Origin: Eledone cirrhosa | Taxonomy: Eukaryota | Direction: 5' to 3' | NCBI GenBank assembly: GCA_964016885.1 | Contig: OZ024753.1 | Span: forward strand, 30,938,001-31,002,000 | Length of the DNA: 64,000 nucleotides | Shown here: piece after piece, positions 27,101 to 38,415 of the stretch | Layout of the letters: each line of letters opens with the position of its first letter | How positions within the stretch are numbered: position 1 is the stretch's first letter | Made by a program: the position numbers and the translations under genes | Notes under the pieces: generated by a model | The model's database searches: none | Told to the model about the DNA's origin: nothing | The model's input: only the letters and a program-made list of their open reading frames with translations

Positions 27101-29276
27101 GCAAAGTGAACTTCTAAAGTACACAGAGCCATGCACACACCTCACTTCATTTAAACCGGCCATGATCAGCCACTCATACCGACGTTAAGGTAGTGTTCTC
27201 AAAATAAATACTATCAAAATCTCATAGATCCAATATTGTGTGAGGTAAAGCCTTTACTGCAAAAATACAATAGTATATATATAGAGTAATGTAAATGCTA
27301 AAGGGTTAAAACAAGTTGTTCCCTTTAACCAAATATGTCCTCCCATTGAAGTTAACATTTTTATTTCTTAATTTTAAATTTACAGAACACGTGGTCTGTC
27401 TCACAGAATACTCCCATCTGGTGACAATGTCCTTGTTAATGCTTGCAGTGATGGATACATCAGAGTATGGAAGGTTACCTTTCACAATGTAAATATAAAT
27501 ATATTTGTTTTGTATCTCTTATTTAATTCTTAATATCCTGTGCTGTTCTTTTTTTTAATGTAAATAAAGAAATAATAATTATTATTATTGTTATCACAGA
27601 GTAATATTGCTACCAGTTTGCTGGTTGAACACAGCACATCCTTCCGTCTGACATGTGTAGCTATCTATATCAAATCTTCCAACACTAAACCTAAGGAATC
27701 CAAGCCTAAGAAAATAGTGTCAACAAAAGAAAATGAAATAACTGAAGATTCTCCTCAATCTGAAGAAGAAACAATTAAAAGGAAAGCTGTTTTATCAGAA
27801 GATCAAGGTAAACATTATCATCTTCGTTTAAAGTTAGCTTTCCATGCTGAGTTGAGTTGGGTTGTTATGGTCTGAGTAGGTTGTTATTTGGGGTTAACTG
27901 TCCCCCTGAACAGGTTGGAGCAAAGAAAGCAGACATTAATTGATATAATGAGGATATATATATACATATTGTGAAGGCGCATGGCTTAGTGGTTAGAGCA
28001 ATCGAAAGGTTGTGAGTTCAATTCTCAGACCGGGTGATGTGTTGTTTCCTTGAGCAAGACACTTTATTTCATGTTGCTCCAGTTTACTCAGCTGTAGAAA
28101 TGAGTACCGGCCGGCCTGCCCGCCCAGCCAGTTGGATGGCGTTATCTTATGGCTAAAATAGCACAACGTGCTGTGACCAGCGGCGCCGATTGCTGGTTGG
28201 TCAAGGTGATATACATATCGTGTATGTATATAATATATGTGTGAATGTATAATATGTATATACATAGTTTGTTCAATTTCCATCTTCTAAATTTCAATCA
28301 GAAGGATCTCAACCTGAAACCATATGGTTACAGAGTGGCCTCCTTAACCAATCAGCTATGCCTCATTATCATAATTTTACGCCTGTTTTCCTAAGCTAGC
28401 GTGAGTTGGGTGGATCATTATAGACGAAGTCAGTATTTTAATTGGGGCTACTGTCCTCTGTGACAGGTCAGGGGTTCACGTCTTACTCAGATACTTTCCA
28501 TTTCGGCATGGTTTCTATAGCTGGAAACCCTTCCTAATACTAACTACTTTACAGAGTGTACTGGGTGCATTTTATGGCGACAGCAACTCTAAGGAAGTGG
28601 TCATCGTCATCACCATTTTATGTCCCTTTTTTCTGCACTAGCATGGATTAGACTGGTTGTCCTGTTGTGGGCAATGTTAGGCAGGTGGCCATGTCTTGCA
28701 CATTCAGAACTGATTTTGGTGTGTCCTTGACCTCTGCCCTATTGGTATGATTTCTAAAGATAACCAGTCATAGAAATCATACCAAAAGGATGAACATCTA
28801 GGGTTATCCATCCTCTATTACTATATTTTTAATAAATACACTTTATATATGTTTTAAAATATTTTGAAAATGATCAAAAGGATTTAGTAATATAACTAAC
28901 TTTCTCATCATATATCTGGTATTTGGAAAATAACTAAACCCTTTAGCATTTAAACTGGCCAGAATTCTCTCACTTCTTTCTGACTACTCACACTGATGTT
29001 AAGATATTCTCAAAATCTGATAGTCAATATTATGTGAGGTAATGCCTTTACTGTGAAAATACAATAGTATATATCGAGTAATGTAATCGCTAAAAGGGTT
29101 AACAGTGGTTTTTAAATAAATATAAACACTTTTCTATTGTAGAAAGGGAGGGGGGCAATTTCAGGTAGTTTGATATCAAAAGAGTTAATATCATAAACTG
29201 TCTCTTGTTTACAGAAATAGTGAAATGCAAGAAGAAGATAAAGATGAAAAAGAAAAAGCAAAAAACGGAGTTGTAA
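18057..29276 (+). CDS. PAK1IP1: p21-activated kinase-interacting protein 1-like (WD40; yeast Mak11 family), 10 coding exons, 371 aa
   Basis: Exons 18057-18137, 22647-22815, 23221-23341, 24246-24373, 25116-25198, 25652-25714, 26101-26198, 27386-27488, 27600-27807, 29215-29276; total 1116 nt, all GT-AG with consistent phases; motifs IVGTYEE, SGGTDE, HPSGKLALTISKDKTLKAWNL, SDGYIRVW, RLTC and a Lys-rich C-terminus match PAK1IP1. Confidence 0.93.
19047..19141 (+). ncRNA. Hammerhead-like motif with long stem II, sense in PAK1IP1 intron 1
   Basis: GACGTAT-CTGAGGA-...-GAAA-C-AATT-G-TA-ATATGTT; intact core, GUA triplet; base of stem II imperfect. Confidence 0.6.
19199..20688 (+). mobile_element. RTE LINE copy 2 (5'-truncated) in PAK1IP1 intron 1
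   Basis: Near-identical to copy 1 from QVMKVA onward; ~53-bp tandem duplication at ~20303-20410 introduces a stop; (GAT)n tail. Confidence 0.95.
20962..21290 (-). mobile_element. Two RTE 3'-end fragments / RTE-related short element
   Basis: CATCAT-TTTACGTCCGCTTTTCCCTGCTTGCAAGGGTGGGACGGG occurs twice. Confidence 0.75.
21310..21456 (-). mobile_element. tRNA-derived SINE (family B)
   Basis: Reverse complement of GGCTTAGTGGTTAGAG...GTTCAATTC...CTTGAGCAAGACACTT; other copies at 27976 and 37760. Confidence 0.75.
21652..22636. repeat. 39-bp minisatellite (TATGTATGTGTGTAGATATATATATCAACAGTCATTCTC), interrupted by a retroposon
   Basis: ~3 units at 21652-21778 and ~6 units at 22393-22636. Confidence 0.9.
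21779..22392 (-). mobile_element. Non-autonomous RTE-related retroposon with an internal 113-bp triplication
   Basis: (CAT)n at the left end; GGACTGTCTGGCGGG...TTTACAGCGT repeated three times; same family as 12880. Confidence 0.78.
22647..22815 (+). CDS. PAK1IP1: PAK1IP1 exon 2
   Basis: TTTCAG acceptor; KWQLEESFTDHSHLGCVR...LTQHA; GTATGA donor. Confidence 0.92.
22849..23015. mobile_element. Tc1/mariner-pogo-type MITE
   Basis: Imperfect TIRs CCGTATTTGCCGG / CCGGGAAATATGG with TA on both sides. Confidence 0.65.
23221..23341 (+). CDS. PAK1IP1: PAK1IP1 exon 3
   Basis: SVTHLEFHHGSHLFTCSEDG...WECLRVFRGHK; GTAAGT donor. Confidence 0.92.
23460..23648 (+). mobile_element. SINE family A (degenerate)
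   Basis: Central domain and tail. Confidence 0.65.
24246..24373 (+). CDS. PAK1IP1: PAK1IP1 exon 4
   Basis: AGINCLAVHPSGKLALTISKDKTLKAWNLIKG. Confidence 0.93.
25116..25198 (+). CDS. PAK1IP1: PAK1IP1 exon 5
   Basis: ADLVVWSLTGDTYCLAFNQKLEVY; GT-AG. Confidence 0.88.
25652..25714 (+). CDS. PAK1IP1: PAK1IP1 exon 6
   Basis: TTGLIHIIEAEGRVNSLLYMT; GTAAGT donor. Confidence 0.85.
25740..25823 (+). ncRNA. Hammerhead-like motif, CAGAAGA core variant, 21-bp stem I
   Basis: TATTAGTACAGATTAAAGTTT-CAGAAGA-TCCCGTAATAAGGT-GAAA-GCA..TGC-TT-AAACTTTAATCTGTACTAATA then AATAAA; relatives at 46174 and 62186. Confidence 0.5.
26101..26198 (+). CDS. PAK1IP1: PAK1IP1 exon 7
   Basis: NSLIVYGGEGSDIYFYD...SSNR. Confidence 0.88.
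27386..27488 (+). CDS. PAK1IP1: PAK1IP1 exon 8
   Basis: VLVNACSDGYIRVWK. Confidence 0.88.
27600..27807 (+). CDS. PAK1IP1: PAK1IP1 exon 9
   Basis: SLLVEHSTSFRLTCVAIY followed by a charged region. Confidence 0.88.
27976..28210 (+). mobile_element. SINE family B
   Basis: GGCGCATGGCTTAGTGGTTAGAGC head, B-box GAGTTCAATTC. Confidence 0.75.
29215..29276 (+). CDS. PAK1IP1: PAK1IP1 exon 10 (Lys-rich NLS/NoLS-like tail, stop)
   Basis: IVKCKKKIKMKKKKQKTEL*. Confidence 0.85.
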
Positions 29277-29299
29277 AAGGGGATTCATGATTTGAAATG

Positions 29300-29305
29300 T
29301 TTATT
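29300..29305 (-). terminator. Candidate polyadenylation signal of CIB1-like gene
   Basis: TTTATT on + strand, the first minus-strand AATAAA seen downstream of the CIB stop. Confidence 0.5.
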
Positions 29306-29317
29306 GTATATTTTGTA

Positions 29318-29409
29318 AATAAAATATATTGATAGAGAGAGATTTGTGGTATTTGTTTTCCTTGCTTTCTTTCAGTAGTTGTTTTTACAATAAATAGTTA
29401 GTAAATAAA
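29318..29409 (+). terminator. Candidate polyadenylation signals of PAK1IP1
   Basis: AATAAA at 29318, 29389, 29404; GT-rich tract after the first. Confidence 0.6.
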
Positions 29410-29492
29410 ACATGCCTGGTATTCTGAGCTAACAGTGATATATGTTAGGTTTAATTGGTACAAGTCATCGTTATCATTACCACTGATGTTAT

Positions 29493-29514
29493 TCATAACC
29501 GGATACTGAAGAAC
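29493..29514 (-). CDS. CIB1: CIB1-like exon 7 (EFFSIRL*)
   Basis: CTTTAG acceptor, 22 nt, TGA stop. Confidence 0.82.
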
Positions 29515-29980
29515 CTAAAGTTTGACAATGTTAGATAGTAGATATTTATTATTATTTGACATTTGTCAAATGTCAAGTAAAAAATAAATTTCAAGTATAT
29601 TTAAGTAATAAATAATTGTGTGGACATATTTTCATAATATGTTGAATTTGTAATACAATCCAAAAGTATTGAACCTCGGCTGTCACGGTTTCTAATACAC
29701 CATCCATAGTGTAGTTGCAAGCTAGAATTGTACCTTAGTGAGATTACATAAACAAGCTGAACTGGCATATCATCTTTAGTAGGTCTTTGTTCAATTAAAT
29801 CCAACTTTGAGCTTCCAGGGAAAAACTATTTACAGCTATGGTAGCCTAGTAGTATTTCAGTGTCACATGATGATAAGATCTCATAATTGAAACAAATTGA
29901 TGGTGTGAGTCAAATAAAAAGATGACACTATACCTCTAATTAACGCTATCAAACCAGTTTTATACTCAATTCGAAACCAA

Positions 29981-30012
<32 letters not shown>

Positions 30013-33000
30013 GGAAAAGAGTCAGGACCCCGATGGCTGAGCTCTGGCCGTTTCAACAGCTAGATCCGAACTAAGCCACCAGTATTAGAATGGCAGGAAT
30101 CTAGCTGAACTTATCAAGGGGTACAGTCCATATATGGGAATGCAGCCAAACCCATGCTAGCGTGGAAGATAGACATTAAACGATGATGATGATGATCATC
30201 ATCATCATCATCATTTTACGTCCGCTTTTCCCTGCTTGCAAGGGTGGGACAGGTCTTATTCAGCACAGCATCTCTCCACTCGTCACGGTCCCTCGTCATC
30301 TCCACCGTGAGCTTCAATGATCTGAGGTCTGTTCTCACCACCTCCGCCCATGTTTTTCGTGGTCTACCTCTACCACGTCTTCCTTCAACTGGCATTTCCT
30401 GGCACTTCTTCACCCATCGGTCATCCTCCATGCGCATCACATGTCCATACCACCTCAGTCTCCTCTCCCGTACACTACATTCTATCCCTCTCAGACACAG
30501 TTTCTCTCTCAACACATTTATGCTGGGTCGTTCACGCACATCCAACGGAGCATGCTTGCCTCATTTCTCTCCAGCCGTCGCATATCTTCTGCGGTTGCTG
30601 CCCATGTCTCACTACCATGCAGCATCGCGCTCCTCACACAGGCATCATACAACCGGCCTTTCGTACGCAGGGAGAAACCCTTCTTCGTCAACAGAGGAAG
30701 CAGCTCCCTAAACTTCTTCCAACCCGTCCTTTTTCTAGATACTATGGCCTCGGAACACCCTCCTCCCATGCTAATCTGATCTCCTAGGTACCGGAAGCTA
30801 TCCACCACTTCTATAGCGCCCTCTCGCATTTGAAAAATGTGTCTATCAGTGCGACTTCTACTGTCTAATTTTCCTGTACATCTACTGCATACATATTTCT
30901 CCCTACCTGTTAGTTTGCCTGCTATCCCGCTACATCTCTTGTGTACCCAGGACCTGCATTGTGTGCATTTTATAGAATTTATGCCAGTTCCTTTTCTGCA
31001 TATCGAACATGGCCATTTCCCTGACGGAATCAGGGTTTTGTCCTCTTTTCTACTCATCAACACTTTTGTCTTAGCTAGATTTACTCTCAGTCCTCTTGCT
31101 TCCAACTGCTGTTTCCATAGCCGGAATTTATTCTCTAGCTCCTCTACTGATTCTGCTATAAGAGCCAGATCGTCAGCATAGAGAAGTTCCCATGGACAGC
31201 CAGTCTTAAACTCCTCTGTTATGGCTTGGAGGACTATAATGAACAAGAGCGGGCTGAGGACCGAACCCTGATGTACTCCTATATTCTTATATATACATAG
31301 TTGTACTGTGTTAGGTGTAATAATCTACAAATTTAAACATTTGAAATTGATTATTGGGTAACAAGGGGTGTCATATTTTGTTAGTCTAACAGCAGTTAGT
31401 TTTTAAATGTAATTTTGTTATAGAAGAGGGCGCTAATTTTGGCTGTTTCATTTCTGCAGCATTGTTAGAGCCTTCAGCATTTGTTCTGGCTCTCTGCACT
31501 CCTGAATTCAAATCCCACTAAAGTCCATTTGTCTTTCATCCTTTTTGGATTAATAAAGAAAGTACCAGTCCAGTGGTAATGCTGTCTTCTCTTCCAACTG
31601 CTACATCCTGGATGTTCTGCTTGATCAATAAAGGGAAGGAGGGTTTCTGTGGCTGCTAACAACTACTTAGGTATCTAAGGCTCTTAGCAATAGCATGATA
31701 CATACTACCAAGTGATAACTTGATTGTGAGTGACTGCCATAGTATTAGTTTAGGAATGTATTGTACTTATATCACTTCCAATCTAATTCCCTTTAATACC
31801 TCTGTTGTCTACTCCCAGTTAATGATCCTAGAATGCAGCAAAGTAAACAGGCAAGGAGAATTGTTATATGCAGTGAAACACTTCATGTGATTTTTTTTTA
31901 ACTGCTTAGTAAGGGAAGGAGAGGTGTCTACATCTGTTGGCTGCTTGGACACCAAAAACAAGTAGCAGCCATATTTTGTAGTATATGGTGGTTATGTTGG
32001 TTCCACAATAAAACACACAGCCCACTCTAAAGTGGCTGTGTTGGTGCCACAATAGAACACACCCAGTCCACTCTGTAAGGTACTAGTGTTGATGCCATGA
32101 GAAAATGCTTCCAGTACCTGCTGTAAAGTGGCTGGCTTTGTTAGGAAAGGCTTCAGAATGTGACAACTTGTCCATCTAATGTAAGCATGGAAATAAGATG
32201 TTAAACCGTAATACATCATAAATTAGGGATTAGCACTACTTACTCTACGAATTCAGGTTTTTTCCTCATCAAACAACAGAATTCTGCAAATCCTATACCA
32301 TCCTCAATGTCCATATCAGCTTCGTCCATCACCTGTAATTATAGTTTCTGATTTAGACAAGGCCAACAATTTTGTAGGGAGGGGAAAGTCAATTAAATCA
32401 ACCCCAGTTCATTACTGGTACTTTATTTTATCGACCCCGTAAGGATGAAAGGCAAAGCTAACCTCAGCATGGTTTGAACTCAGAACATAAAGAGCCATAG
32501 CTCTAAGCTGCTAAGCATGTCTGACGCTCTACCGATTTTGCCAATCCACCGCCTATACAAACTCATCAGGAAGCTTCTATATGGCCAAATTACGTTACTG
32601 AATATGAAAAAAATTAATTAAGGTTGCCATCTGGAATGACAGCCAGCTTTAAAGTGTTCCGTCTCAAAACTTTCATCCAATTCAGTTTGTCTACTTAACA
32701 TATATATCATTTATAAGTATATTCCTTTCCCTATATACACTACTTATCCACTCCTACATTTATAAACACAGGAAAGTGGCCATTAATTCAAAATGGACAC
32801 AAAAATAGTTTTAGAATTTTTTTTATTATTAATCTAATTTTTACATTTTCTCATCCATCATGTGTTTTAATGACACGTTTATTTTTTTTTAGTTGGAATA
32901 ATTAGGTCAATAAAATACGGTCATCACTAACCCCTCTCTCTCTCTTTACCACTGCCCCTCTTTGGTAGGATTAATTCTATCCACATGCCTCCTCACATTC

Positions 33001-36000
33001 GCTCCCTCCCTCTCTCTCTGTTACCAATCTACATTCAGCAGGTTATCAATCATGTTAATCTCTATCATCCACATCACCACACACAAACATTGCTACTTAG
33101 AATGTTTTGCTACTGGAGAAAATGTGAGAGCTTTTACTTATGTGGTCATTTAAACTGCTAGACATAAAGCAGGATTTGAGGGAAGTTTGGTTATCATATT
33201 TAAACAGTAAATACACATTGGGCTAATGTAATCCTTGATACATGTGGTGAATTAACAGAGTCATTAGAACATCAGATAGAATGCTTTGCAGTATTCGTTC
33301 TAGGTCTCCAAGTTCAAATTCCTCTGAAGTTAACTTTGCCTTTCATCCTTTCAAGGTCGATAAACAAAAAGTGCCCGTTTAGTACTGCAAGGTCAACTCT
33401 CTCTCTCTGGAAGAAATCGATTGTGCTCCAATCTGTAAAAGGATGAGTTCTACAAGGTTTAAAGTATCATGTCACGACAGTGTCCCAGTGAATAATGGTT
33501 TCTTATATAGGCACAAGGCCAGCAATTTTGGGGGAGGGGAAAGTCGATTAAATCGACCCCAGTTCGTGACTGCTACTTTATTTTATCGACCCCGTTAGGA
33601 TGAAAGGCAAAGTTACCCTCGGCGGGATTTGAACTCAGATCATAAAGGGCCATAACTCTATACTGCAAAGCATGGCATCCGACACTGCCAATCCACCGCC
33701 CTTGTCCCAGTGAATAATGATACACTGTCTCTTTGAAATTAGAGTTGTACATTATTTCAATATTGAACATAGAGTTATCTCATCTTCCTTTGAAAATAGA
33801 GTGAAGTAATTTAAAGTAAAGCTATTGCTATACTGGGTGTACCATTATCCAGAGTGATATTGATCATGTCAACATAATATATATCTTGAATATATTCTTT
33901 ACCATATCTATGCCAGTGGATTGGCAGTATCGGTAGAGCGTCAGACACCATGCTTTGCAGCATAGAGTTATGGCCCTTTACGTTCTGAGTTCACATCCCA
34001 CCGAGGTTAACTTTGCCTTTCATCCTTACAGTACCAGTAATGCACTGAAATAATTTCTGGCCTTGTACCCAAAGTAGAAACAATTCTTTACCATATGTAT
34101 ACACTCCCGCAATTATACACGCTGGAAAATCTTTATTAAAATATATATATATATATATATATATATTTGTACTTTTTTAATTTTTATTTGAATTTTTTTT
34201 TTTATCAATTTTTTCTCACCCATCACGTGTTTTAATGTTTTAATAGTGTCATTTCTGACCCCCGACAAAACCTTACCCACCCCCTCTCGTTAGGATTATC
34301 TATATCACCTCTCTTCTCTCACCATTTTATTCTCTATATCTTTCTCTCAGCATTCAACATGCCATCATTCATATTAATCTGTATTAGCCATTCACATCAC
34401 AGAATCAACAGGGAGCTTCTAAGAGTGTGTGTGTGTATGTATGTATGTTGGTTAGTGTGTGTGTGTGTGTTGGTTAGTGTGTATGTGTGTTGGTTAGAGT
34501 GTGTGTGTGTGTGTTGGTTAATGTGTGTGTATGTCACTTCTGTTTACAACCCATTTTTGCCAACAGTGAACTGTAGCAATGTGAAATAAAGTGTCTCGAT
34601 TAAGAACGCAACGCGCCGCGGAAGATCGATCTCATAACCTAGAACCGATCATTATATCTACTAAATCACGTGTCTTCACTTAGAAACTAATAAAAGATAA
34701 ACTACTCACCTTATCAATGAGAAATTCCATTTGTTCTTCAGACAATGAATCTTCTTCGCGTGGCTGATTCGTCTTTGTTAAAGAAAGAACGGCTTGTTCA
34801 ATGTCACTTCGGGAAATTATTTTGTCATCATCGAAATCTAGTTGTAAAAAAAAAAAATGTATATTTGAGTGATGAAAACTAGTAGAGAGAAATTGCAGAA
34901 ACAGGCGCGCGCGCACACACGCACACACGCGCACACGCACACACACACACACACGCACACGCACACAGAGAGAGAGAGAGACAGAGACATTGGAATGAAA
35001 TTTGGTGAATTCAAATATGCATTTTTTGACAATAAAAAGTGGAAAAGTTGTGCCCTCCTCTAAAAACTTTTAAATGAACATCTTGACGATACAGTCTCTA
35101 TAGTCAGGTGCAAGGGCTTTGTTTCATGGGGTACCAGGGAAGTAGTTCAGCACACACACATTTTTTCAAACGTCTATATTCTATTTTTTTGTTTATTTGA
35201 TATAATAAGCTCTTCTTAAGCTTATTCCATTTGAATATATAAAATTTAATTAGAGTAACATTTTACTTATGTGATAAGGTCCAGGAAAAGGCACCATAAG
35301 CAATTTATGCTCCTTTAAGAATCAACAAATGTTGGTTTGACCCCCTCACATTTTTAAGGCAAACGAGGCCCCTGGTCAGGTGATAAGTATAGGTATAGAA
35401 TGAAAATGTCATATGATGGACTCCTAAATAAGGAGAGGAACAGGAATGAATGCCTCAGAAGAGTAAAGAGAATGTGTTCATCAGAACTCTGAGTGTACAA
35501 CAAGCACATTGCCCATAAGTTTGTGCCCATCATTAACGCCAACATTTGGCCTGCTAAGAAACAATCTCTGGACAGGTTTTACGAACAAGACCAACCGACA
35601 GGAAACCCAAGGCTAGTCCATGAACACGTCTGGACTGACTTGGAGACGGTTGCTTCTGACGGGATCCTCTAGAAAGCGTGTTTGAATATTCTTCTTCTTC
35701 AACGACGACGATGATGATGATAGAAAATGATGGTTCATCATACATCACATACACTGTATGAATCATGACTTGTCCTTATATTATGTGATACTTGATACAT
35801 AACTGACTTCACATGAATTATAACACTGTCCTTGGTAGATTAGGCACACTACATCAAGATAGAATTTTCTGTGGTTTCCTGGAGGACATGGGATTCCCCG
35901 CTTTTATTTAACAATTACTTCTACGAAATACAACGGATGAATTGACAAAAAGTATTTATATTTCAAGCTGAAATAATTCACTTGAGATTCCGCCACTCCA

Positions 36001-38384
36001 AGGAAAAAAAACCTGAATGACTCATTCTTATACTGTGACACTATTTTGATAAAATTATATTTTTGGAAATTTACTTTAAAATTGAAATGTGCTCAGAAAA
36101 ATGTTTCCGTTTCTTTTTTGTTGTCTTTTCAACTGCTTTGTTGAACAGAAGGTGAACTTATTTACATTCTAAAGTTGAAGGCGGTAAATTGGCAGAATCC
36201 GTAGAGGGTTGGACACCATGCTTTACAGCATAGAGTTACGACCCTTTGCGTTCTGAGTTCAAATCCCACCGAGGTTAACTTTGTCTTTCATCCTTACGGG
36301 GTAGATAAAATAAAGTACCAGTAATGCACTGGGATAATTGCTGGCCTTGTGCCAAAAGTAGAAACAATTATAAAGAAGTTGAAGGCGGCAAATTGGCAGA
36401 ATCTTTAGGATTGTGAACAGAATATTTTGCGGCGTTTAGTTACGGTTCTCCACGTTCTGAGTTCAAATCCGTTCGGTTCAACTTTGCCTTTCTTTCATTC
36501 GAGGTCGATAAATTGAAATGTCAGTTAAGTACTGAAGTAAGTATAATCGATTTTCCCATCCCAATATTGCCCTTTTCTCCCTGACCAAACAACAACGATA
36601 AAACAACAAGCCAACCAGCCAGTCAGCCAAATGTATTTTCCTAATTAATAGTTTCTGATTTAAGTACAAGGCCAGCAATTTTTTTTTTTTTTTTGTGCGG
36701 TGGTGGTGGTATGGGGTCGACTGAATCGACCCCAGTGCATTACTGGTACTTTATTTTATCAACCCTGTAAGGATGAAAGGCAAAGTTAACCTCGGCGGGA
36801 TTTGAACTCGGAACGTAAAAGGGACATAATTATATGCCACAAATCATGTTGTCCGACTCACTACCGATACTGCCAATCCACCACCCTTAAAAAACTCGAT
36901 TAATTATATTAGGTTTTATCTCTATGTATAAAACAAAGGATGTCTGTGTAAATCCCTAAAACTCGAGAAGTACCTGACCGATTTTTTTCAAACTTTAGAT
37001 TTCTTGAAGTGCAATGGGCTAAAAAACATTTTAACTTTTTCTGCCCTATGGCCCGAATTAGACAAAAAACCGCATTTTTTAGGCATTTTTAGGCTTTTTT
37101 GAGGCGTAACTTAAAGATGATGGGCAAATTAACTTTAAGATACTGTGCAGATTTCCTCGAAATTTGCAGCACACATTAGTCAGTCCGCTCGCTTTGCTCT
37201 GGAAAAAAAAATTAAAATTCCATTAATGGCTTGTAGAAAATTTACGAATTAGCATTGGGCATTACATGCCATTTTCATTTTCAATATAAACGCTATTTAA
37301 ACATCGTAAGTAGTGTATAACATTTCGTTAAAAATTTGGTTTATTTAACAGAGGACACAACACTCACTCACTTTTAAGCAGGACCATTTTCGGGGGATTG
37401 AGGAAATGAGGAGGACCTTAAAATTTTTGTCGGCGCCCTGTTGATGGTGACCCCAATAGTAACTACGAAGCGTTCGGCATCCGATATAACAGTTCGGTCT
37501 ATATCAGATTGGGTTCTTGGAAAGGAGTGCCACCAATGAAAAGAGGAATAACTGTGGTCAGGGGAGGGGGGTTCTTGGATAGGAGTGCCACCAATGAAAG
37601 GAAAAATAATTGCAAGGATGAAAGCCTAAGCTAACCACGGCGGGATTTGAACTCAGAATGTAAAGGGCCGTAACTATATGTCGCGAAGCATGTTGTCCGA
37701 CGCTCTACCGATACTGCCAACCCGCCGCTCTCACTTGAAAAATAATTTCTTTTGGGGAGAGGTGCGTGGCCTAGTGGTTAGGGTGTTGAACTTACGATCC
37801 TAATGTCGTGGGCTCAATTCCTGGGCTGGGTTGTAAGTTATGTTCTTGAGCAAAACACTTCATTTCAAGTTGCTCCAGTATACTCAGCTGAACATGAGTA
37901 CCTGCAATAGCTGGAGGTTAAACCCTGCGATGGACTGGCGTCCTGTCCAGGGGGGGGGGGGGGGTCTTGTACTCTCAGTCACATCACACCATCAAATAGG
38001 GATAAGTACCGGCCTAACGTGCCTTAATGGCTTAAGACAGACTTTTTAGATTTTGGGGGCTTCTAGTAATATTGTATTTTTTTTTAACTGATCCACTCTC
38101 TATTAACAGAAATTCGTATGTAGGTTGTTATTTCAAAGTGTCGCATTATTGCTTAATGACAAAATACCCGGACATTGCTAATTTATTTTCTTTAAATGTA
38201 ATTAGTTCTATTTTAAATGTTAAATCTGTCCCAATAGTGACTCACTGTAAATGCAGATGTTTTATTTGCAGTGTTCGTCTAATGAGGCTTAAGACAATTC
38301 TACTGAATACGTGACTGTCCTAGTAAATATTTTCTCATAACAACCGGCTCTCGTCTATTTTGGGATTGTTTTCTTTTTGTTTGT

Positions 38385-38415
<31 letters not shown>

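Noticed and set aside
30244-31181. Plus-strand ORFs over RTE copy 3 (and equivalents over copies 1 and 2)
   Set aside because: Antisense shadows of the LINE ORF
36915-37260. Helitron-like 5' start (TCTCTATGTATAAAA...GATGTCTGTG)
   Set aside because: No 3' hairpin/CTRR end or second copy identifiable by eye
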